A DNA stretch of 41,162 bases from Gemmatimonadota bacterium (GTDB lineage Bacteria > Blakebacterota > Blakebacteria > Blakebacterales > Blakebacteraceae): positions 1 to 41,162 of the forward strand of contig DAOVKT010000001.1 of NCBI GenBank assembly GCA_030631625.1, written 5' to 3'. The notes below the pieces were generated by a model. The model ran no database searches. It had not been told where the DNA came from and was given only the letters and a program-made list of their open reading frames with translations. Shown one piece after another: positions 16,610-24,439 of this stretch. Positions within the stretch are counted from its first letter, which is position 1, and each line of letters begins with the position of its first letter. Made by a program: the position numbers and the translations under genes.

Positions 16610-16894
16610 CTACTGCTGCTGCTGCTGCTGCTGCTTTTGTTTTTGCTCTTGCTGCTGCTTCGGCTGCTGCTTTCCCCGGGGCTCGTTTCGTACCAGGATA
16701 GCGATAGGAATGAGCACGAAGTAGCCGGCACCCAGGAAGATCGGGGCCAGGGTCAGAGACCAGAAAGAATCATGCGGCCCAATGCTCAGAAAGATGTACC
16801 CCACGATAATTACGGCTATGGCCAGCCCAAACCATCTACGGTTTCTGGGTCCGAACGGGAACCAGCCTCTTTTCTGTTCAACCTTACGGGCCAT
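16610..16894 (-). CDS. Small two-TM membrane protein, DUF3098-like, with Gln/Lys-rich tail
   Basis: FGPRNRRWFGLAIAVIIVGYIFLSIG...WSLTLAPIFLGAGYFVLIPIAILV matches my recollection of the DUF3098 pattern seen in Bacteroidota-type genomes. The start overlaps the rlpA stop by 11 nt. Confidence 0.55.
   Translation of the reverse strand: MARKVEQKRGWFPFGPRNRRWFGLAIAVIIVGYIFLSIGPHDSFWSLTLAPIFLGAGYFVLIPIAILVRNEPRGKQQPKQQQEQKQKQQQQQQQ
16613..16633 (-). repeat. (CAG)7 microsatellite encoding the terminal poly-Gln of the DUF3098-like protein
   Basis: Seven uninterrupted CTG units on the plus strand, directly abutting the TAG stop. Confidence 0.9.
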
Positions 16895-17441
16895 CGGGCC
16901 TCCTGGGTATCAGTTCAATACGGACGCTCAAGGTATCTAACAGTTCAGGTAATTTCAATATTTCTATCTGGATCCGGGCGATTCCCTTCTCGGCCATCAA
17001 AAGCTCCAGAGCAGCCGCGTAGGATAGATCGAGGATCCTTCCCTCGATAAAAGGTCCCCTGTCATTGATTTTGACAATGCAGCTCCGGCCGTTCTCGACA
17101 TTCCAGATTCTCGCCCGGGTTCCGAGCGGGAGGGTCCTGTGAGCAGCCGTCAGCTTGTACATGTCGTACACTTCCCCGCTGGCTGTTTTTCTTCCGTGGA
17201 AATCCTGTCCGTACCACGATGCCAACCCTCGCAGGTAATGGTCACCCCAACGTTCCGGGCCGTCGGGAACACGGCCGGAGGAAGTCGAGTACCGAGGCAG
17301 GCGATCAGGAGTATTGGGTTGTGTGGATGATCCAGACGGAGGCCTGCGATCAGAACCGGTTCGGTATTTCGGAGCGGCCGCACAGCCACCCAATCCACAC
17401 ACCAGAAGGACAATCACCCCCATGTTAAAAATGGACTTCAT
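16884..17441 (-). CDS. rlpA: Septal-ring lytic transglycosylase RlpA-family lipoprotein (DPBB domain)
   Basis: MKSIFNMGVIVLLVCGLGGCAA lipoprotein signal. GLASWYGQDFHGRKTASGEVYDMYKLTAAHRTLPLGTRARIWNVENGRSCIVKINDRGPF is the RlpA double-psi beta-barrel signature. Confidence 0.85.
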   Translation of the reverse strand: MKSIFNMGVIVLLVCGLGGCAAAPKYRTGSDRRPPSGSSTQPNTPDRLPRYSTSSGRVPDGPERWGDHYLRGLASWYGQDFHGRKTASGEVYDMYKLTAAHRTLPLGTRARIWNVENGRSCIVKINDRGPFIEGRILDLSYAAALELLMAEKGIARIQIEILKLPELLDTLSVRIELIPRRPDGP

Positions 17442-17551
17442 AGCACGGAAATCGATCCTATGCTTGGAATCGGTTTCATGAAAAATGGACAGCGCTGCCG
17501 TGATCCAGGTATAGAACATGCATTACTAGAAAGTTATGCATCGGACAGACG

Positions 17552-19675
17552 TTATCTGTCCGGTGGTGGTCGCTCGCTGGGAGGCGGTCTCCCTGGAGGG
17601 GGACGCCTGGGGGGGGGTTCTGTGTCGCTTCCAGCAGCACGACCCTGTCCGGGCCGGCTTGTGGCACGTATGCCAAGTCTCCCGCCGAAGGCCAGCTGTG
17701 CCGCCTGGCCGCGAGGCTGCAGGCGCACCACCTTCGCAGCCGTCTGAGTACCGAACCAGCGATCCCAGCTGCCCAATTCCTGTTCGATAGCCTGTTTACG
17801 TGCTTCCTGAGGATCAGGCAGGAACGCCGAGGTCGGCGACCCGATCCGCTCGGCGGCAATCCTCGCCTCGGGATAGTCGGGATAGCGCTCCACGATACGC
17901 TCGTAGGCAGCCCTGGCCGAATCTGGCGGTCCCGCTCCGAGCTCGAGGAGTCGAGCAGCAGCCAGTTCAGCCCGGCGAGCGGATTCGGTTGAGGGGAACC
18001 GTTCAGCCACCTCGTAAAATGCCGGAATCACCGATTGCCATTGGGCGGGTTCAGCCAGCGGATCCACTTGTCTTTCGGCTTCAACCAGCGCGTCGTGAGC
18101 CCTTAGATCAGTCGGCTTTTCCGGCTCTTCTCCAAGTCTCAGACGATAGTAGTAGGTCCAGCGGCTGTCGGCGAACTCCTCTACAAGGCGGGTTACGGCA
18201 CTCTCGCGATGTTCAACACCTTCCTCATTCTCCGGTGCCCACTCCGTGATCGCGAAAAGTGCCCTGGGCACCATATCCGAATCAGGATGGCGTTCGGCAA
18301 GAAGCTCCAGGTACGTCACGGCTGAGTCAGGACTTGCCATCTCGAGTGCGAAGTGCTCCGCCAACAGGAAGAGATACATTCCTGGCGGGACATCCCCCAA
18401 CTGCTCCGCGACGGTCAGCACCCGCTCCTCCTGAACCGTGGGTCTGTCCTCCTGCTCCACCTCCTCGTCAGGGTCCTCTCTGTGCCTGCGGCGGACATCC
18501 TCCTCCACGGCACGAGGAGGCGGGCGATTGACAGCAACCCCTCTGTTGGCACCGACATCGCGGGGGTCACGGAAGCTGATCTCTTCCTCAACCTTCTCTA
18601 CAAGGGAACGAAGGGTAAGGAACCGCATTATTATATCCGCCCTCTTGGCCGCCCGTTGCTGCTGCTCCAGGGTGCCGAGTCCGCTCCTGACGGCACGGTA
18701 CTCCGTACCCGCAGTGAAGTAATCTTCCCCGCGCTCCAGGTGCGCTCCGAGGTCGAGCCGGATACGTGCCTCCCAATCCGCAGTAACGCCGGCATTGAGA
18801 GAGAGCACCATTTCATTAGTCGCCTGCCGGTGAGACCCCCTCCGATCGGCGAGCACACCCCGGTAATACTTGATAACACCGGTGTAATATCCGGAATCGT
18901 CAAGTTCCTCGAGGCTCTTTACCTGCTTTTCAACGGCCGGTATGTCCCCCACCTTGAGAAGCAGGTCGATTAAAAGTATCGTCGTCTCCTGCCTGGTGGT
19001 AAGCGTGAGCCCCTGGTCTGAGAGAATGTCCTCAAGGATCGCCACACCTTCGTCATACTCGCCCTGCTCTTCCAGAAGCTTCTGAAGTTCAAGCTTTGCC
19101 TGAAGGGCGATATTCGGCGGGGTCTCGGGATCGGCAATCATGGAATCGAATATTCCGCGCGCCTCTTCGTATCGCTCTGCCACTCCGAGTGCCAGGGCAT
19201 GGAGCAGCATCGCTTCGGCACGCAACCTGCCGGTCAGCTGCGTCACCGCCCGGCTCGCCTCACCGGCTGCGTTTAATGCCTCTCCCAGTATGAGCAGCCC
19301 CCGCGCAAGATAGAGCCGGCATTCGGGCACGTGCTGGCTCTCCGGAAAGTGCTCCAGCAGCTCCAGGCCTTTCCGGGTGGATGCCGCTACCTCTCCCTGG
19401 CGGTAGAGCGCTTTCTGGCTCAACAGCAATGCTTCTTCGACCCACTTTGAGTCGGGGTGCTCCATGAGGACTCTGGCCGCGTACTGAAGCGATTTCTGGT
19501 ACGACTCAAGTGCCTGCGGGGGCAGCGGACGTTCATTCTCCTCAGCCCTCTTCCGCAGCATCTCCGCAGTCTGGAAGTGACGCCGGGCGAAGTAGAAGGT
19601 GTTGTAGTAGACACACCCTCCCAGCGAGATGACGGCGATAATCAGAAGAAGTCTCCCTGTGCGCCGGGGATTCAT
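17552..19675 (-). CDS. Large TPR-repeat lipoprotein with charged central linker and Pro-rich C-terminus
   Basis: Lipobox SLGGCV. Multiple TPR-like helical repeats. C-terminal EPPPRRPPPGRPPPSERPPPDR. The ATG overlaps the sirtuin stop by 1 nt (TGATG). Confidence 0.7.
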   Translation of the reverse strand: MNPRRTGRLLLIIAVISLGGCVYYNTFYFARRHFQTAEMLRKRAEENERPLPPQALESYQKSLQYAARVLMEHPDSKWVEEALLLSQKALYRQGEVAASTRKGLELLEHFPESQHVPECRLYLARGLLILGEALNAAGEASRAVTQLTGRLRAEAMLLHALALGVAERYEEARGIFDSMIADPETPPNIALQAKLELQKLLEEQGEYDEGVAILEDILSDQGLTLTTRQETTILLIDLLLKVGDIPAVEKQVKSLEELDDSGYYTGVIKYYRGVLADRRGSHRQATNEMVLSLNAGVTADWEARIRLDLGAHLERGEDYFTAGTEYRAVRSGLGTLEQQQRAAKRADIIMRFLTLRSLVEKVEEEISFRDPRDVGANRGVAVNRPPPRAVEEDVRRRHREDPDEEVEQEDRPTVQEERVLTVAEQLGDVPPGMYLFLLAEHFALEMASPDSAVTYLELLAERHPDSDMVPRALFAITEWAPENEEGVEHRESAVTRLVEEFADSRWTYYYRLRLGEEPEKPTDLRAHDALVEAERQVDPLAEPAQWQSVIPAFYEVAERFPSTESARRAELAAARLLELGAGPPDSARAAYERIVERYPDYPEARIAAERIGSPTSAFLPDPQEARKQAIEQELGSWDRWFGTQTAAKVVRLQPRGQAAQLAFGGRLGIRATSRPGQGRAAGSDTEPPPRRPPPGRPPPSERPPPDR

Positions 19676-20421
19676 CAGTCAACACCCTGGCCGTTACGAG
19701 GCATGAGTGGATCTATCAGACGGGGCAGCCAATACCCCGACGGGCCGCGCACGGAGAGGTCGGCAAGCGGGGTGAACGGGGTAGGCTCTGGGTTGACCTC
19801 GACTACAAAGGCCCCTGCCTCTTTGGCCAGATAGGGCAGCTGTGCGGCAGGATATACGACTGTGGAGGTGCCCACCGAGAAGAAGAGATCGGCGCTCTGG
19901 GCAGCGTGGAAGGCCATTGAGATAGCATCGGGAGGCAGCGATTCTCCGAACCATACGACATCAGGCCGGAACAGCCCTCCACAGGCACACTCTCTTCCCT
20001 GCTCCTCTCCACGCCAGGCATCACAGCTGTTACAACGGTCCCGCTTGATATTACCGTGTAGTTCAACCACGTCCGTACTCCCCGCGGACTGGTGAAGGCC
20101 ATCCACATTCTGGGTGATCAGCGTGAACTCCTCGAAGATCTTCTCGGCCGAAGCCAGCGTGCGGTGTCCTTCGTTCGGCTCAATCCCTTCCAGGATGCCT
20201 CTCCTGTATTCATACCACTCACACACGAGTTCCGGGTTCCTCATAAACGCCTCCGGAGTGGCCAGCTCCTCGGGGCGGTATTCTTTCCACAGACCCTGCT
20301 CACCACGGAATGTAGGCACGCCGCTCTCGGCAGAGACACCCGCCCCGGTCAGGACCGCACACCGGCCGGCCCCGTGTGCCACTTCTAAATAACGGCTCAG
20401 ATCAGGTTCGCCATTCTCCAT
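19675..20421 (-). CDS. cobB: NAD-dependent protein deacylase, Sir2 family
   Basis: GAGVSAESGVPTFRG, QNVDGLH, HGN and a Cys4 zinc ribbon (CNSC...CACG). The ATG at 20421 gives a canonical N-terminus, 1 nt after the ltaE stop. Confidence 0.9.
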   Translation of the reverse strand: MENGEPDLSRYLEVAHGAGRCAVLTGAGVSAESGVPTFRGEQGLWKEYRPEELATPEAFMRNPELVCEWYEYRRGILEGIEPNEGHRTLASAEKIFEEFTLITQNVDGLHQSAGSTDVVELHGNIKRDRCNSCDAWRGEEQGRECACGGLFRPDVVWFGESLPPDAISMAFHAAQSADLFFSVGTSTVVYPAAQLPYLAKEAGAFVVEVNPEPTPFTPLADLSVRGPSGYWLPRLIDPLMPRNGQGVD

Positions 20422-20422
20422 A

Positions 20423-21466
20423 TCAACCAGACTCCGCGATCCTCTCAAACACCTCAAGTGCCTTCTCGATCTCATCGGCCGACACATTCAGATGCGTAAC
20501 CGCCCGCAGGAACCCTCTACCGAAGGTGTTCAGGAGGACCCCTCTTTCAGCCAGGCGGCCGCGCACCGCCTCCTCGGTCATCCCGGTCCCAGTCACATCG
20601 ATCATGATAATATTCGTGTGAACCCCGTTAAGATCGACTGAGAACCCTTCAATCTCGTTTACACCTTCTGCAAGGCGACCGGCGTTGGCATGGTCATCGG
20701 CAAGGCGATCGATATTGTTCTCCAGCGCAAAGAGGCCGGCAGCTGCCAGAACACCCACCTGCCGCATCGCTCCGCCGAAACGCTTCCGCACATAGAGGGC
20801 CTTCTCGATAAACTCCTTCGAACCGAGCAGAACCGATCCCACCGGGGCACCCAGACCTTTGGATAGGCATGTTGAGATCGAATCGAAAGGCTCCGCCCAC
20901 TGGTGGGCTTCCACGCCGGTGGCCACGACCGCGTTGAAGAGCCTGGCGCCGTCCAGATGCATCGGCAGCCCGTAGTGGTCGGCGACTTTGCGGATATTGC
21001 GGATCTCGCCCAGGGGGAAGATCGTCCCTCCCGCCTTATTGTGGGTATTCTCCAGGTTAATCAGCGCTGTGGTCGGGTAATGGATAGAGTCGGGACGGAT
21101 GACCGCCTCAACCTGTTCCGCGGTAATGACCCCATAGTCGCCGTCTACAAGGTTGAAACTGACGCCGCTCATGGCCGGACCGGCGCCACCTTCGAAATTG
21201 AATATATGGCTCCAGCGGTGACAAATCACCTCGTCGCCAGGCTGAGTATGGGTTTTGAGCGCCACTTGATTGCTCATGGTGCCACTGGCCATGAAAAGAC
21301 CGGCCTCCTTGCCAAGTCGTTCGGCTAGTTCTGCCTGCAGGCGGTTCACGGTCGGATCTTCACCGTAGACGTCGTCCCCTACCTCCGCAGCTGCCATCGC
21401 CTGGCGCATTTCATCACTCGGCACCGTGACTGTATCGCTGCGAAGGTCAATAGGCTCTGTAGTCAT
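20423..21466 (-). CDS. ltaE: Low-specificity L-threonine aldolase (PLP-dependent)
   Basis: [24 protein letters not shown]...[13 protein letters not shown]...GTMSNQ, then [10 protein letters not shown] (PLP lysine region). The ATG at 21466 is preceded by AAGGA. The longer 412-aa ORF would overlap the upstream gene. Confidence 0.85.
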   Translation of the reverse strand: MTTEPIDLRSDTVTVPSDEMRQAMAAAEVGDDVYGEDPTVNRLQAELAERLGKEAGLFMASGTMSNQVALKTHTQPGDEVICHRWSHIFNFEGGAGPAMSGVSFNLVDGDYGVITAEQVEAVIRPDSIHYPTTALINLENTHNKAGGTIFPLGEIRNIRKVADHYGLPMHLDGARLFNAVVATGVEAHQWAEPFDSISTCLSKGLGAPVGSVLLGSKEFIEKALYVRKRFGGAMRQVGVLAAAGLFALENNIDRLADDHANAGRLAEGVNEIEGFSVDLNGVHTNIIMIDVTGTGMTEEAVRGRLAERGVLLNTFGRGFLRAVTHLNVSADEIEKALEVFERIAESG

Positions 21467-21479
21467 GGAGATAGGTCCT

Positions 21480-21962
21480 TTATAGTGAGAGGTCCCCGAA
21501 GTTCTCAGGGTCGATCCGTTCCAGCCGCTGGCGGAGGCGATCGTGCCGCTCGGGATCATCCGAAGGATGTACTCCGAATTCCTCCTCGAACACATGATCC
21601 GCCACGAAGATCGGGGCACTGGTGCGAAGCGCAAGGGCGATAGAATCGGAGGGCCGTGCATCTATCTTCGTCACGGTTCCGTGCCCTTCAAGGACTACTT
21701 CGGCAAAGTAGGTCTGATCCACGAGATCGGAAATGATGACGCGCTGGACCGCAAGCCCTGCGCCATCGATCACACGCTTGAGCAGGTCGTGGGTGAGCGG
21801 TCTCGGAGGATCCACGTCGGCAAGCTTCAGCGCGATTGCGTTGGCCTCGGCAGGCCCGATCCAGACCGGGATCACCCTGTCCCCGTCCAGTTCCTTCAGG
21901 AGCACCACCGGAGAGTCATTGACGGAATCGATGGCCAGACCGCTTACGGTGAACTGCTGCAT
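21480..21962 (-). CDS. Bifunctional nuclease family protein (BFN/DUF151)
   Basis: [44 protein letters not shown]...RPLTHDLL is the BFN-domain signature. Confidence 0.8.
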   Translation of the reverse strand: MQQFTVSGLAIDSVNDSPVVLLKELDGDRVIPVWIGPAEANAIALKLADVDPPRPLTHDLLKRVIDGAGLAVQRVIISDLVDQTYFAEVVLEGHGTVTKIDARPSDSIALALRTSAPIFVADHVFEEEFGVHPSDDPERHDRLRQRLERIDPENFGDLSL

Positions 21963-22119
21963 ATCTCTAGTCTAGTTTCTGTCCGGAAACGGCTCTTTTG
22001 CGCAATTTCGGCGTCAATCTGCCGGATTTCTTGTGCGGCGTACAGTAAGTACGCCTCCGCGCAATCCGTTGATTTCCTTGACCTTGCGCAAAATTGCTCG
22101 TTTCCAAACTAGAAACCCC

Positions 22120-22156
22120 ACTAGTACCCATCAAGAGTTTCTGGATGGGTACTAGT
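22120..22156 (-). terminator. Perfect 13-bp hairpin (ACTAGTACCCATC / GATGGGTACTAGT) 40 nt after the rplI stop, followed by GGGGTTTCTAGTTTGG
   Basis: Seen directly. Position and following T runs fit an intrinsic terminator for the rpsF-rplI operon. Confidence 0.65.
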
Positions 22157-22195
22157 TTATGCGCCCCCGGGACAGGCGGGCAAGCTTCGCACCAT

Positions 22196-22687
22196 CTATT
22201 CTTCTATTCCTTCTTCCTCTTCCTTCTTCTCCTCCTCCTCCTCAATTTTCTTCTCCACAACCACCCTTACGACCGGCTCCACCTTGCGATGGAGGTGGAT
22301 CGGCACGTCGAACGTACCCAGTTCTTTAATGGGGTCATTCAACAGAACCTGCCGGCGCTTGATCTGGAATCCCTCTTCCTCAAGGGCATCGACGATCATC
22401 TGGCTGGTCACCGATCCGTAGAGCTGCTCCTCCTCGCCGACCTCCACAGTGATCGTCAGCACAACACCCGCCAGCTTATCAGCCAGCTCACCTGCGTCGG
22501 CACGTTCTTTCTCCGAGCGCGCTTCGAGTGCACGGGCGATATCTTTGAAGGTCTTCAGGTTACCTTTAGTTGCCTCCATCGCCAGTTTGTTGGGAATCAG
22601 ATAGTTGCGCGCATAACCCGGTTTTACATCAACTACATCTCCGGCTTCGCCCAGATTCGGTAAATCTTCGCGCAGGATCACCCGCAT
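22196..22687 (-). CDS. rplI: 50S ribosomal protein L9 with Glu/Lys-rich C-terminal tail
   Basis: [36 protein letters not shown]. The ATG at 22687 overlaps the upstream TAA by 1 nt. Tail is EKKIEEEEEKKEEEEGIEE. Confidence 0.95.
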   Translation of the reverse strand: MRVILREDLPNLGEAGDVVDVKPGYARNYLIPNKLAMEATKGNLKTFKDIARALEARSEKERADAGELADKLAGVVLTITVEVGEEEQLYGSVTSQMIVDALEEEGFQIKRRQVLLNDPIKELGTFDVPIHLHRKVEPVVRVVVEKKIEEEEEKKEEEEGIEE

Positions 22688-23661
22688 TACATATCCTCCT
22701 CTTTTCCTTCCTCCGCTGACCTGGCCATGAGGCTGCGAAGCGGAACCCAAGTTTCAAGCAATCCCAGTACGGCCATCATGCCAATCCCGATTACATGCAG
22801 AAACGTCAGAACCAGCATGAAGAGCACACGCACCCAGTTCGGCGTGCCCCGTACTTCGAACCCGTACCACATGATCGCCAGCCCCTGAACCGAGTAGATC
22901 ATGGCCAAAACCACCACCAGATTCATGCCCGCGGTGTGCCAGTTGCCCGGTCCCACAACCAGCAGCGCCAGTCCCGCAACAGCCCCCCAGACCAGCTTTT
23001 CGGGCATAACCCAAATAGTGAACGGGGGGATCTCAACCGCCCGTACCCTTTCGCGCCGTCCAAGCCACCACATGCCGCAGATCAGGGCACCGAACCCTAC
23101 AAACAGACCCAGAACCGTCAATCCCGCAGGGATCAGAAGCCATAGCTGGACACCGATATCCACGAACTCGGTCAGCTGCTCCTCTGTCTGCGCGAGGTTG
23201 AAACCCATCTGAGACAGCTGTTCCATCGTAGCCGTGAAGAAGAACTCCACCTGCTCGCGTATCGCTTCCCGATCTTTGAGCGAATTGGGCAGCGACAGAA
23301 CGGCCATAAGCAGGAAAGGAGCAGAGCCGGCCAGGCCAGCAAATCCCCAGTTGCGGCCACGGCGGATCTCCCTGTCCAGAAGGATGGCGACAAGAGCCAG
23401 GGACAGGGCCATAAGCCCGCCCACCGGATCCACCATCCCCAGCAGCACCGCCACCGCCAGGGCGGGTAGCCAGCGCTGCATGGATGGTTCCGGACGTTCC
23501 TGAAGCAGGACCAGAAGGACGGTCGGGATGCCAACCACGCCAACGATGTTCAGCAGCGGAAGTGGCAGAACGACCAGCGTCAGTAAAACCAGACCGATAG
23601 AGGCCGGCACGAAGCGGCCCCAATAAGACGTGGGGGGCAACTCCCCCACAGGGAGACTCAT
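22687..23661 (-). CDS. DUF2232 (YybS-like) polytopic membrane protein
   Basis: 324-aa multi-TM protein in the position occupied by yybS upstream of rplI in Firmicutes. It overlaps the rpsR stop by 4 nt. Confidence 0.7.
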   Translation of the reverse strand: MSLPVGELPPTSYWGRFVPASIGLVLLTLVVLPLPLLNIVGVVGIPTVLLVLLQERPEPSMQRWLPALAVAVLLGMVDPVGGLMALSLALVAILLDREIRRGRNWGFAGLAGSAPFLLMAVLSLPNSLKDREAIREQVEFFFTATMEQLSQMGFNLAQTEEQLTEFVDIGVQLWLLIPAGLTVLGLFVGFGALICGMWWLGRRERVRAVEIPPFTIWVMPEKLVWGAVAGLALLVVGPGNWHTAGMNLVVVLAMIYSVQGLAIMWYGFEVRGTPNWVRVLFMLVLTFLHVIGIGMMAVLGLLETWVPLRSLMARSAEEGKEEDM

Positions 23662-23876
23662 CGCAACGATTCGGTCGTAAATGGCAGCAGCGCCACGTGG
23701 CGGGCGCGTTTGATGGCCGTTGTCAGCATACGCTGGTGTTTAGCGCAGACACCGGACTGGCGGCGGGGTACTATCTTCCCCCGGTCAGTCATATAACGGC
23801 GCAGTACCTTCTCTTCTTTGTAGTCAATCCACCTCCGCTTCTCGATGCAGAAGCGGCACGGTTTCTGATGGGTCAT
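23658..23876 (-). CDS. rpsR: 30S ribosomal protein S18
   Basis: [60 protein letters not shown]. Confidence 0.95.
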   Translation of the reverse strand: MTHQKPCRFCIEKRRWIDYKEEKVLRRYMTDRGKIVPRRQSGVCAKHQRMLTTAIKRARHVALLPFTTESLR

Positions 23877-24367
23877 TATTCCTCCCTCCCCTCGTCATCC
23901 TGCTCCGGGCTGCCGGTAGACTCTTGCTTCTCCTCCGGGCTGCCGGTAGACTCTTGCTCCTCATCGAACTCATTTTCGTGCTCGTCTACGTCTTCATCCA
24001 TAACCGAGCGTTTATCTCTATCCTCCGCCTCGGTCCTAGCAACCTTGCGCTGCCGTAGTTCTTCACGTGCGGTCAGGATGGTGGAATCTATGTGAACAAT
24101 GAGGTGGCGCAGGATGTGCTCGTCCAGGCGCAGCATATGGTCCAGCTCACCTATCAGTCCGCCGGGTCCCTCCCATTCCAGCACTCCATAGAAGCCCTGT
24201 GTCTGCTTCTTGATTTCGTATGCAAGGGTGCGCAGCCCCCACCGGTCGTCCTCGATGACCCTGCCACCTCTGTCATCAATGAACTTCTTTATCCGTTCCA
24301 GCTGTTTGTTGTATCCCTCCTCCTGCAAGGTCGGATCCAGGACGAATGTTCCTTCGTAATGTTGCAT
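23876..24367 (-). CDS. rpsF: 30S ribosomal protein S6 with ~60-aa acidic C-terminal extension
   Basis: [60 protein letters not shown]. The stop overlaps the rpsR ATG by 1 nt. Confidence 0.95.
   Translation of the reverse strand: MQHYEGTFVLDPTLQEEGYNKQLERIKKFIDDRGGRVIEDDRWGLRTLAYEIKKQTQGFYGVLEWEGPGGLIGELDHMLRLDEHILRHLIVHIDSTILTAREELRQRKVARTEAEDRDKRSVMDEDVDEHENEFDEEQESTGSPEEKQESTGSPEQDDEGREE
23903..23962 (-). repeat. Tandem 30-nt duplication (29/30 identical) inside the rpsF tail, encoding [20 protein letters not shown]
   Basis: ctccgggctgccggtagactcttgct[t/c]ctc occurs twice, head to tail. Confidence 0.9.
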
Positions 24368-24395
24368 CTATCTGTTACCTCCCTGTGGACGTCAG

Positions 24396-24417
24396 GCCCC
24401 GGCTCTGCGGCCGGGGC
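24396..24417 (-). terminator. GC-rich 8-bp hairpin (GCCCCGGC-N6-GCCGGGGC) between the hppA stop and the rpsF start
   Basis: Seen directly. There is no T tract, so it may be an attenuator or leader structure rather than a full terminator. Confidence 0.35.
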
Positions 24418-24439
24418 AGGGTGTTCTGTACCGTTCTCA

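Noticed and set aside
16583-16612. In-frame TAG codons inside a Gln-rich tract might indicate TAG-to-Gln recoding
   Set aside because: TAG terminates other genes at their expected conserved C-termini in this window (the SPFH gene at 491-493, rplI at 22196-22198). A standard genetic code with a decayed repeat is the simpler reading.
16477-17050. Poly-Ser ORF (16477-16731, minus) and poly-Leu ORF (16586-17050, plus)
   Set aside because: These are alternative-frame or antisense readings of the CAG/CTG microsatellite. The first also overlaps tRNA-Val.
19675-21962. Sir2-domain protein close to a nuclease-family protein, superficially like SIR2-based defence systems
   Set aside because: The sirtuin is a compact canonical CobB-type deacylase (GAGVSAESGVPTFRG, QNVDGLH, Cys4 zinc ribbon) without effector fusions. 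The BFN/DUF151 protein and threonine aldolase are housekeeping-type genes. All sit within a conserved core operon.
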